From assembly GCA_950097015.1 (NCBI GenBank), contig CATNEN010000008.1, positions 62,001 to 126,000 on the forward strand: 64,000 nt of DNA. Reading direction: 5' to 3'. Positions 49,913 through 60,600 of this stretch are shown here, in pieces. Within the stretch, counting starts at the first letter, position 1. Each line of letters starts with the position of its first letter. The position numbers and the translations under genes are program-made. The notes beneath the pieces are model-generated. The model had not been told where the DNA came from. It was given only the letters and a program-made list of their open reading frames with translations, and ran no database searches. Source of the stretch: Macrostomum hystrix. Taxonomy: Eukaryota > Animalia > Platyhelminthes.

Positions 49913-51324
49913 AACCCCTTAACTTTCCTTTAATTTGAAGATAATCAATTAGTTTCCATCACTATAATAAGACAGTCGCAGTCGCAGGTAATGAAATCTT
50001 TGTCGCTCGCTTTTGCCGCACTTCATCAGCTTAGAAAAATGAAGACCTGATGCAATAAAGCCGGATCTGCACAGTAGCGCACGAACTGCGCCGTCAGCTT
50101 ACCCTGTGCCGCTAGCCCGAATATCGGGCCTTAAGTGATCATATTTGTTTGAGGAAGCAGCAGAGAGAGTGGACTTGGGTGGGTTGACTGGGACAAACTA
50201 GGGCCGCTGCTGGGTGGGCGGAGGTAATGCAGACAAATGCAATTGTCTTAGGCTTACCTGATACTATTACTGACCACGGAGTGAATTTGCGGATAGTTGA
50301 ATGCTGCTGCTGCTGCTGATGATGATTTTTAGTCTGCCCAGATACGACAAGGATGCTCTCTTAGTGTCCAGCTGGTATTGGTGAAATACAATTTTTCTCC
50401 TAATATCTGAGAAAGATTGCCAGGCAAAAAGAGGATTAAAGTGACAAGATCGCCGACTAGAACAGGCCGGGCCAACATTTTATGGTCGAATAATCTTGAT
50501 TTATCTGTTGGCCGCAGACACAGCTCTCCACCTCAGCCCCAGGAAAGAGGTAATCGTGTTTTCGGCGCGAAACCACTCCAATCACAGAAGATCGGGGGCT
50601 GTTGCCGAGCCGCGGATCCCCCCGAAAATGTTGGCCCCAACCAACTCGGCTACTCAATTTTTCTTGTTATCCCCATAGCCAGCAGAAAATAGGCCAGTTT
50701 GGCCGCGTTGCGGAGCGATGAGGCAAGCGCGGGAGGGACCGCCTCGGGGCAGAAAAGTTGCGGGCTGGCTCAATTTGTGGTCCTCATCGAAAATTCCCGA
50801 GTCTCCTCCCTAACAGGATAATGGAGACAATTATTTGTTTCATTAGCTCCAATGAGTAAATAAATGAGAAATCCCAGCCGAATCCCAGGCGAAGGAAACT
50901 GTCCGGAGCCAACGGGGGGATGGCTAAAGTTGAGCAGGCGGATTCACTTCAGGCACTCAACTATCCACACACTCCACACTGTATAGAATAATATCTGTGA
51001 GCGGAGTTGCTGACTGCCGAAAGCCCGCAGGGGCGAAGGTCTTGAGATGCTGCCAATTTTCGCATTCGAGTTTCAGCCATCTGTCCTGCGATACCCGCCT
51101 CCACCCGATTCGACAAAGGCTTGGTTCTGGTGTGTGGTTGTGTAGTATCTATTGACATCACTTGTGCAGTAATATCCAATTCATATTGAAATTGTGATCA
51201 GCATTGTGATCAGCATTATTTGGAAAAAAATAGATGATTCCTTTGGAAAAAAACTAGCTTAATTTTGAATCAACACAATGATTATTTGGCATCATAACCT
51301 GGAATATTTTCGGTAAAAAAATGT

Positions 51325-51940
51325 ATGATTTGGGATCAAAGTCTGGATCTGGGATCTGAGTCTGAATTTCGGAATAAAAATTCAGAATTTCGGGATCAAA
51401 ATCTGATATTTGGGATCAAAGTCTGGATTTTGGGATCAAAGTCCGGATTTTGGGATCATAGTCTGGATTTTGGGATCAATGTCTGGATTTTGGGATCAAT
51501 GTCTGGATTTTGGGATCAATGTCTGGATTCTGGGATCAAAATTCAGAATTTCGGGATCAAAATCTGATCTTTGGGATCAAAGTCTGGATTTTGGGATTAT
51601 AGTCTGGATTTTGGGATTATAGTCTGGATTTTGTGATTATAGTCTGGATTTTGGGATCAAAGTCCGGATTTTGAGATCAATGGCTGGATTTTGGGATCAT
51701 AGTCTGGATTTTGGGATCAATGTCTGGATTTTGGGATCAATCGCTGGATTTTGGGATTATAGTCTGGATTTTGGGATCAAAGTCCGGATTTTGGGATCAA
51801 TGTCTGGATTTTGGGATCAATGTCTGGATTTTGAGATCAATGTCTGGATTCTGGGATCAAAATTCAGAATTTCGGGATCAAAATCTGATCTTTGGGATCA
51901 AAGTCTGATCTTTGGGATCAAAGTCTGGATTGTGGCATGA
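51325..51940. repeat. 20-bp minisatellite (TCTGGATTTTGGGATCAA[A/T]G)n
   Basis: Directly visible. Confidence 0.93.
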
Positions 51941-52999
51941 AAGTTATTGTCTGGAATTTGGAATTGTAACCAAATTATTTTAAAATTAAGCTTTTGAAAT
52001 TGGGATAAAATCTTGAAAACTGGGATTTGTTACAACTAATAATAGAAAGACAACGGGGCTAAATCAAATCCCCACTGCCTACTTCTTGATAGCTCCCATA
52101 CCGAATAACCGTCAGCATCGTCGAGATATACAGCTATGGCGATCGGTTTAATAATTTGAGAGATACAGAAAAAAGAAAACAGAAAATACAGAAAAAAATG
52201 GACAGGCCAGATTAAGCGTTCCAACAATTGGAACGGTCCACCGGTATTGAGATAATCGACATTGTTCCGCTAAGTTGAGACAAAAGTTTCATAATTACAA
52301 GCTGTCAAAATGATCTATATAGTCAGAGTTTTCGCTAATTGGTAAAGCCAAAGTGTGCCATATGCGATGGAAATACTCGGGGCTCCCGCAAGGATGCTCG
52401 CGCAATAGCGGCTCAAGTTGAAAGCCCCAACCCTCACCAATTTGAGGTGTCAAAGCTTTCCCGAACAATCCGACATATGCAATACAGCCGCATAAAAGCT
52501 TAAAGAGACTGAGTTACACACTTAGCATTAGTAATGCTGTCCCTAAACCTCCCCCCTAAGGCGGTAACACTAGCATTTCTACACTTCTATACAGGGCCGC
52601 AGCTCAAACATTGCCAATATGGCAATGAATTATTTTTATTTCTTTAGAAAAACTGCTAGCCACGCGAGCCAATTAGCAAATCCAAGAAAGGGAAGGCTGG
52701 GAAGATTCTCTCTATTAATCCCACAATACTCCCCGCAGTTTTAGTTCGAATCCTGGCCACACACAGTAGGTGGTCGGGTCCGCTGACTGAGTGCAGCTCG
52801 GGGGGCTTCTGTTAATGAACACCTTCTTCTAGCTGGGGGATCTGCTGATGACGAAGGATGGGAAATAGTCCCCGTTCCTCTCAGATAGTGTTTAAATTAT
52901 CCCGCATTCTCACTCATTTGTCCACGTGGACCATGAGAAATGATAGGGCTATGAAAAACTGGGCCTATTTTAATCACAATTTATATAAAAAGTATAGAA

Positions 53000-53115
53000 G
53001 CTATTGCCTGGCGCTTCTAAAAGCGGCACACAACTGTTCAGTCCATGGACTGGGCTAAAAAAGGGAGGTCGCTACACTCACCACACCCAATTGCTGGTGC
53101 CCCAGTCCGAAGTCA
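53000..53115 (-). mobile_element. Diverged family-B SINE 3' fragment
   Basis: Minus strand GGGGCACCAGCAATTGGGTG...CCCAGTCCATGGACTGAACAG...GAAGCGCCAGGCAATAGCT aligns by eye with 22325-22430. Confidence 0.6.
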
Positions 53116-54089
53116 CCGTTCAAAATCAATTGGTCTATGGCCAAAAAGTATGCAATAATTGCTCCCAGTGAGGTTGAACCATAGACAACGATCTCGGTTT
53201 ATAAATGTTCAAAAAACAAAAACGCAAAATCTAAATTTTCAGTTTGCTTATCAGTTTGCTTGCTGCTCTCAGATGTATTTCTCGAATTGTGAACTATTAA
53301 AAACTGTAAAACAAGCTCACAAAAACACCAAACTTCAACTACACAGACGGATGAATGGGAAGCTACAATTGAAAAAAAATGATCGATATTCGATGCAACA
53401 GATAGAAGACGCAACACAAAGAATTAATTGTAACAATAATCGTATTCTAAGTATTTCTACAACAAAAACTCACTTACAATCCGGTTTGTGTGTGTTTGTT
53501 TATTTGTGCATTTGACTATTGTGTAAACATAATGGGAAGTCATTAAAAAATGATCAACTAACCACATAGGGACAACCACAGACGAGCCAAAGTGTTTGAA
53601 TAAAGAGAAAATACCTACAAACTACTTATATGAGTAGTAGGATAGGCAAGTTGTGAGCACACTCTATATTTATAATTCTAAGTGATAAAACATAATTTGA
53701 TTGCTTAATATTACAGAGAAACAAAACTAATTAGAAATAAAGACGACACTAAATAAAAGAAACTTAAAAAACTACTGGCACACGCTAAAACTACTACTAC
53801 TGGCTTAGTAGGCAGACAGGCAAACTAGCAGGCAAGATGCGTTGCGGACAGCTCGCACAAAATAGCTGCTTCTGTTGCAAGTTTTTGTACTTTGTCAGTT
53901 TATTTCTTTGTTCAACATTCAACATTCACTGCACTTAATAATCCGGGCAAATAGGCAAATTGTGAAAGAGAAAACTCAAACAATAGAAAATGCTACGGTG
54001 CTGCAATAAACACACAAACACAACAAAACACTTGCATTTAAACCCCACACAGTGTTAGCGACTAATTCTGCGCGATACAAGCCGACTGC

Positions 54090-54650
54090 GCAACAACCCA
54101 CACATACCAGCCCACTCCATGTGGATGACAACCCACCAGCCAAGTCAATGTGAATGACAACCAACCAGCCCACTCCATGTGGATAACAACCCACCAGCCA
54201 TGTCAATGTGAATGACAACCAACCAGCCCACTCAATGTGGATGACAACCCACTAGTCCACTCCCAGTGGATGACAGCCCACTAGTCCACTCCCAGTGGAT
54301 GACAGCCCACTAGTCCACTCCCAGTGGATGACAGCCCACTAGTCCACTCCCAGTGGATGACAGCCCACCAGTCCACTCCATGTGGATGACAACCCACCAG
54401 TCCACTCCCAGTGGATGACAGCCCACTAGTCCACTCCCAGTGGATGACAGCCCACCAGTCCACTCCCAGTGGATGACAGCCCACCAGTCCACTCCATGTG
54501 GATGACTGCCCACCAGTCCACTCCATGTGGATGACAACCCACCAGTCCACTCCCAGTGGATGACAACCCACCAGCCAACTCCATGTGGATGACTGCCCAC
54601 CAGCCTAAACCACGTGGATGACAACCCACCAGCCCACTCAATGTGAATGA
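54090..54650. repeat. 29-bp minisatellite (CACTCCCAGTGGATGACAGCCCACTAGTC)n
   Basis: Directly visible. Confidence 0.93.
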
Positions 54651-55269
54651 AAACTCACTATAGCCCACTTTATGTGGCTGAAAAGCCACCGGCCATTGCA
54701 ACCATAAAAGTGACTAACGGAAATCAGCAAGATTAACTCCTTAGAAAACTGTATTTAAAAGTATCTGCGATGCATACTAATTGGAAAAGAAATAAAAAAA
54801 TTACACCAAAAGATCAATGCCAAAGCATTGAGCATTGAACTAAGAAAGAAATATTAAAATTTGAGATGGACAGCTGAAAAACTTCCCACCAAATTAAAAA
54901 AATCAACAAACACAACGCCGAGGTACACAAGCTAGAGGTACTCTAGTAGAAAAGAAACTAGATAGAAAATCAAAAAAAGGAAACAAGTATAAAACATCAG
55001 AACACTATATAGCTCGTAGCATGAGAAAAAAGCTTTATCTCGAAAGTATAAGTTATGGGAGAACCAGAAATATACAGATAAACAGCAATATGAGTGAGTA
55101 TACAAGCAACTGATATGGCGAAATGGCTATCAACATATATTTAGTCATTCCAGAATGTGACAAATATGAAATAAATTGTCATAAACACAATAATTATGAT
55201 TATCAATTGGTTTAACGATAACGGTTTTGGTGATAAATCAAACAATCAATTTTGAGTCTAAAAGTGACA

Positions 55270-55918
55270 ACTTTGATTTACAAATCTGAAATCTTGAATC
55301 CCAATATCCGAATCTGAAATCTGAAATCCCAATATCTGAATCTGAAATCTGAAATCCCAATATCCGAATGAGACATCTTGAATCCCAATATCTGAATCTG
55401 AAATCTTGAATCCCAATATCCAAATCTGAAATCTGAAATCCCAATATCTGAATCTGAAATCTTAAATCCCAATATCTGAATCTGAAATCTTGAATCCCAA
55501 TATCTGAATCTGAAATCTTGAATCCCAATATCCAAATCTGAAATCTGAAATCCCAATATCTGAATCTGAAATCTTAAATCCCAATATCTGAATCTGAAAT
55601 ATTGAATCCCAATATCCGAATGAAAAATCTTGAATCCCAATATCTGAATGAGAAATCTTGAATCCCAATATCTGAATGAGAAATCTTGAATCCCAATATC
55701 CGAATCTGAAATCTTGAATCCCAATATCCGAATCTGAAATCTGAAATCCCAATATCTGAATGAGAAATATTGAATCCCAATATCTGAATGAGAAATCTTG
55801 AATCCCAATATCCGAATGAGAAATCTTGAATCCGAATATCCGAATCTGAAATCTTGAATCCCAATATCCGAATCTGAAATCTTGAATCCCAATATCTGAA
55901 TCTGAAATATTGAATCGA
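55270..55918. repeat. 28-bp minisatellite (AATCTGAAATCTTGAATCCCAATATC[C/T]G)n immediately downstream of the PARG stop
   Basis: Directly visible. Confidence 0.93.
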
Positions 55919-55926
55919 AGCGACAT

Positions 55927-57665
55927 CTACTGCAGCTGTGCCAGCAGGAAGCCGAACAGACTGGTGTCGATGCGGTCAGTTCGCTCCTGCTCCTTCAGAG
56001 CCAGCTGACTGTAGGCTTGCACCTGCCGCCACACGTGGCCGATGGACCAGCCGCGAGACTGCAGCCGGGATGACAGCTCGTCAAACTGCGGATTGGCATA
56101 TTGAAATAATTATATAGTTAACCTTTTTATCTTAGAAAAAAATCCATATAGTAAAAAAATCCCGTTTTATCCCGAAAGGGTAATATATTAATCCCGAAAG
56201 GGTAAGATCCAAACATAAAAAATCCAGAATGAAAAATCTACATATTTCAAATCCCAAACTGGACAAGATCCCGATATTTAAAATCACATTTATTTATTTC
56301 AATGATTTAAATTTCTAAATGGACAAAATTTTTCTTGAATCGCTAAATCCTGAAGTGATCTCACCTGAGCCATTCTAGAGTTGCCCAGCGTATGATACTG
56401 AAACACCGGCAGCTGGTTTAGCGATGCCGCCATCCACTGCAGCAGCGATTTCAACTGCGGATCGCCGCCGTTCGAATCGCAGCCCCAGTTGCCGGTGGCA
56501 ACGCCGCGCGGAACCCAATTGGCCAATTCGTGACACTGCGGAAAAGGAGATGCGGAAACCAAGTTCTTACATTCCTCAGGTAGGATTATCACATTCCTCA
56601 GGTAGGATTATCACATTCCTCAGGTAGGATTATCACATTCCTCAGGTAGGATTATCACATTCCTCAGGTAGAATTATCACATTCCTCAGGTAGGATTATC
56701 ACATTCCTCGGGTAGGATTATCACATTCCTCAGGTAGGATTATCACATTCCTCAGGTAGGATTATCACATTCCTCAGGTAGGATTATCACATTCCTCAGG
56801 TGGGATCATCACATTCATCAGGTAGGATTATCACATTCCTCAGGTAGGATTATCACATTCCTCAGGTAGGATCATCACATTCCTCAGGTAGGATTATCAC
56901 ATTCCTCGGGTAATTCCTAGGATTATCGAATTCCTCAGGTAGGATTATCACATTTCCACTCTACTCACATGCACTGAATCGGTGTAGACTTGGGCAGCCT
57001 CAGCCATCGCCTGATCCAGAATCCTTCTAGACAATCGGCCAGCCAGACTATCCAATGAGTCTATAAAGTCCAATTCGACCTTCAACGAAATTGTCCGAGC
57101 TGGCGTGGAAGGCTGGCGTCTCCGCTGGCAGCAGTTTCGGCTGGGACAAACGGCCCGATGCCGCAGGACCAGCAGGGCGGAGCTGACGGCCTTCTCGGCC
57201 AAGCGGTCGGCTAGCCGACTGTAGCGCGGCTCGGTCAGATTGCCGCAGGCGTCAACGCTGAGCAGCTGAGCAGCGGAAGCTGCAGCCGTAGGAAAGCTGG
57301 CCCTCTTAGTCTTCTTCTTTTGCCTGCTTTTGTTGCGCTGATTTTTTAAACTTAGCGCGTTAGCCGCTTCGAAAATAGCGTCGCGAAACACCGAGTCAGT
57401 TAGGGAGGCCGCCACCGCGTCAGCCGCGGCAGCCCGACGCCTACTATTCAAAGCGGCCACTTCGTCGATTAAAGGTGTCGGGGAGGAAGTTGTCGTCCTA
57501 GGCGAACTGTCTCGCCTAGCCGACAGGCGGCGTCGACGCTGGCGTCGCCGATGTTCGCCGTTTGGCGGCCGCCGCAAAGGGGAACTGTTTCGCCGACGCT
57601 GTAAGGCGAGGATCTTTGGCGACGATTCCGACACACTTCCAAGACCAGTGCTTCCGCGATTCTGC

Positions 57666-57696
<31 letters not shown>

Positions 57697-60600
57697 TATT
57701 AGTTTTATCGCTACTAGTGTGATGAGAATGGCCATTTCCTGGGACAAACTCAGCCGCTTCAATAATCGCCTCCTCGACAATAATGCCGCCACCGCCGCCG
57801 CCGCTGACAGAGGCGCGAGGCCCCTGCAGGAGCAGCTCTTCCAGCTCGGAGGCGTTCACCTGGCTGGAGGCGCGCGAACTGCTGCGGCGCGACGACGAAG
57901 AATGACCGCTAAGCCACGACGGCGTGGTCGACGACGATGTTGAAGACGCGGCGCCGCTGCTTCGCCGACGATTAGTCCAGTCAATGACGACGGCAGCGGA
58001 GGCGAAGGCTCGATGAGGAGCGGGCGCCGATTGTCGCCAGGCGCCCTGGTTGCTGTTGCTGCCAGCAAGGTCCGCCTGCTCCAGCATGGATAGGGGCCCG
58101 GAGTCCGGGGCCTGCGGCGTCTGCTTCGGGACCTGCGACGGAATGATTAAGTAGAGAGAGTGTAGAAAGATGTGCAGCCGAGAGCACAGCCGCAGCTATT
58201 GCGCGACGCATCCGAAGGCTGCGTACGGCTGTTCAGTCCATGGACTGGGTGCGACGCCACACCCGCCGTCCATTACCCCAGCTAATGCTGGCACCCGTTT
58301 AACAGTTGGGTGATCTGAATCAACGCAGAGTAAAGTGACTTGATAAAGGACACAAATTGTTCCAGTGGAGTCGGGAATCGAACCCCCGACCTTTAAGTCA
58401 AGAGTCCGACGCTAGGCTACAACCCCAATAGAATCAGGAACCAATTAAATACACAGCCTAAATACCTAGAATTGTAATAAATAGAAATTAGACCTAGCCT
58501 AATTGGGCCAGACGTACAGCTAGTGCCACAACCACTACAGTTTACAGCTGTCCAGTCCTTGGACTGGGAGGGGGTGGCCGCAAAGCCGACCCAATTTTTA
58601 AGCTAACTGCTTAAAAGAGGAAATGCTAAAAGAGGACCCGATATTCTGAGATTCTGAGCCTCAAAAGGCCACTCACACTAGCAAAAGACTGTCTAAATCC
58701 AACGAAAGCTTTATTGAGTTCTCGCATCAGATTGCACTCGTAGTACTGCTCGTGCTGGCACCAAATAAACGGCAGAGCGTCCATAGAAACCAAGCAGCGC
58801 TCCAGCAAGGTGGAAGTCGAGGAAGAATAGCAATAAGAGGAGGGCGCCAGTCGGCCGGTGAAACGGAATCCGGCACCGGAGCCAGAGTAGGCGCTGAATG
58901 GCTCGTAGCCGAAAACAAACACAGCCTCATTGCTGTCCATGGCCTCCATAAATAGCTGAGTTACCAGCAACTCGGGATGTACGCAGAAGTTCACCTCCTC
59001 CTGCGAATGGATAAATTAAAATTTGGACTATTTTGGTAATTAAAAATATTTTAAAATTCACCAAATTTCTTCAAATTCGCATCAAAGCTAAGATATTTTC
59101 ACAACATATCGGCTTTATAGCTTCCACTATATTTTACTTTCCTCCCATTCTTCTCTACCTACTTTTAACTCTCTTCTCTCCACATTTTAACTCGCCTCTC
59201 TCCCCTTCTAACTCCCTTATCTCCCTTCTAACTCGCCTTTCTCTCCTCTCTTCCCCATTCAAACTCTCTTCTCTCTCCCCCTTCTAACTGGCCTCTCTCC
59301 ACCTTCTAACTGGCCTCTCTCCACCTTCTAACTCGCCTCTCTCCCCTTCCAACTCGCCTCTCTCCCCCTTCTAACTGGCCTCTCTCCCCCTTCCAACTCG
59401 CCTCTCTCCACCTTCTAACTCGCCTCTCTCCCCTTCCAACTCGCCTCTCTCCCCCTTCTAACTGGCCTCTCTCCCCCTTCCAACTCGCCTCTCTCCACCT
59501 TCTAACTCGCCTCTCTCCACCTTCTAACTCGCCTCTCTCCCCTTCCAACTCGCCTCTCTCCCCCTTCTAACTGGCCTCTCTCCCCCTTCCAACTCGCCTC
59601 TCTCCACCTTCTAACTCGCCTCTCTCCACCTTCTAACTCGCCTCTCTCCCCTTCCAACTCGCCTCTCTCCCCCTTCTAACTGGCCTCTCTCCCCCTTCCA
59701 ACTCGCCTCTCTCCACCTTCTAACTCGCCTCTCTCCACCTTCTAACTCGCCTCTCTCCACCTTCTAACTCGCCTCTCTCCACCTTCTAACTCGCCTCTCT
59801 CCCCTTCCAACTCTCTTCTCTCTCCACCTTCTAACTCGCCTCTCTCCACCTTCCTACCCCCTTCTGTCCCCTTCTAACTCGCCTCTCCCCCATTCTAACT
59901 CCCTTCTCTCCCCTTGCAATTTCCAGAGAGCTTACCTGACCGACACCAGTTCGCAGCGCGGTGCCGCCTAGAAGGCAGCTGCCAAAATTCACGTGCAACA
60001 ATGACGCGTCGGCTTGGTCAATAGGCGCCTCGCTGTCTAGCAGAATCGGGCACAGCGGCTGGCAGCTGGCAGCTAATTGGTCAGCGGCCAGTAACAGTCC
60101 CGGGTCTAGCACTGACCGAACTATCAACAGCTTCTCATTGTCTTCGTCAATTATTTCCAACTGATTGGCTAGGCTAGATCGGCGATGAAGCTCTTCAAAA
60201 TAGGCCAGGATGCAGCGAAGCTTTTCGGCTTGATAGCTGGAGCTGCGGGTCATGGGCGGGTAGGGATTTGGGGTTTTCGCTTTCAGTTCTTAAGATTCCA
60301 AGGGATTTAGGTTCTTTGGGTTGTAGGTTACTTTGGGTTTTAGGTTCTTTGGGTTGTACGTTTTTTGGGTTGTAGGTTAGTTAGGGTTTTAGGTTCTTTG
60401 GGTTGTTGGTTACTTAGTGTTTTTGGTTCTTTGGGTTGTAGGTTACTTAGGGTTTTAGGTTCTTTGGGTTGTAGGTTAGTTAGGGTTTTAGGTTCTTTGG
60501 GTTGTAGGTTACTTAGGGTTTTAGGTTCTTTGGGTTGTAGGTTAGTTAGGGTTTTAGGTTCTTTGGGTTGTAGGCTACTTAGTGTTTTAGGTTCTTTGGG

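Noticed and set aside
52830-52885. CTGATGA...GAAA resembling a hammerhead ribozyme core
   Set aside because: Stem II cannot be paired, and no stem I/III or cleavage triplet arrangement was found.
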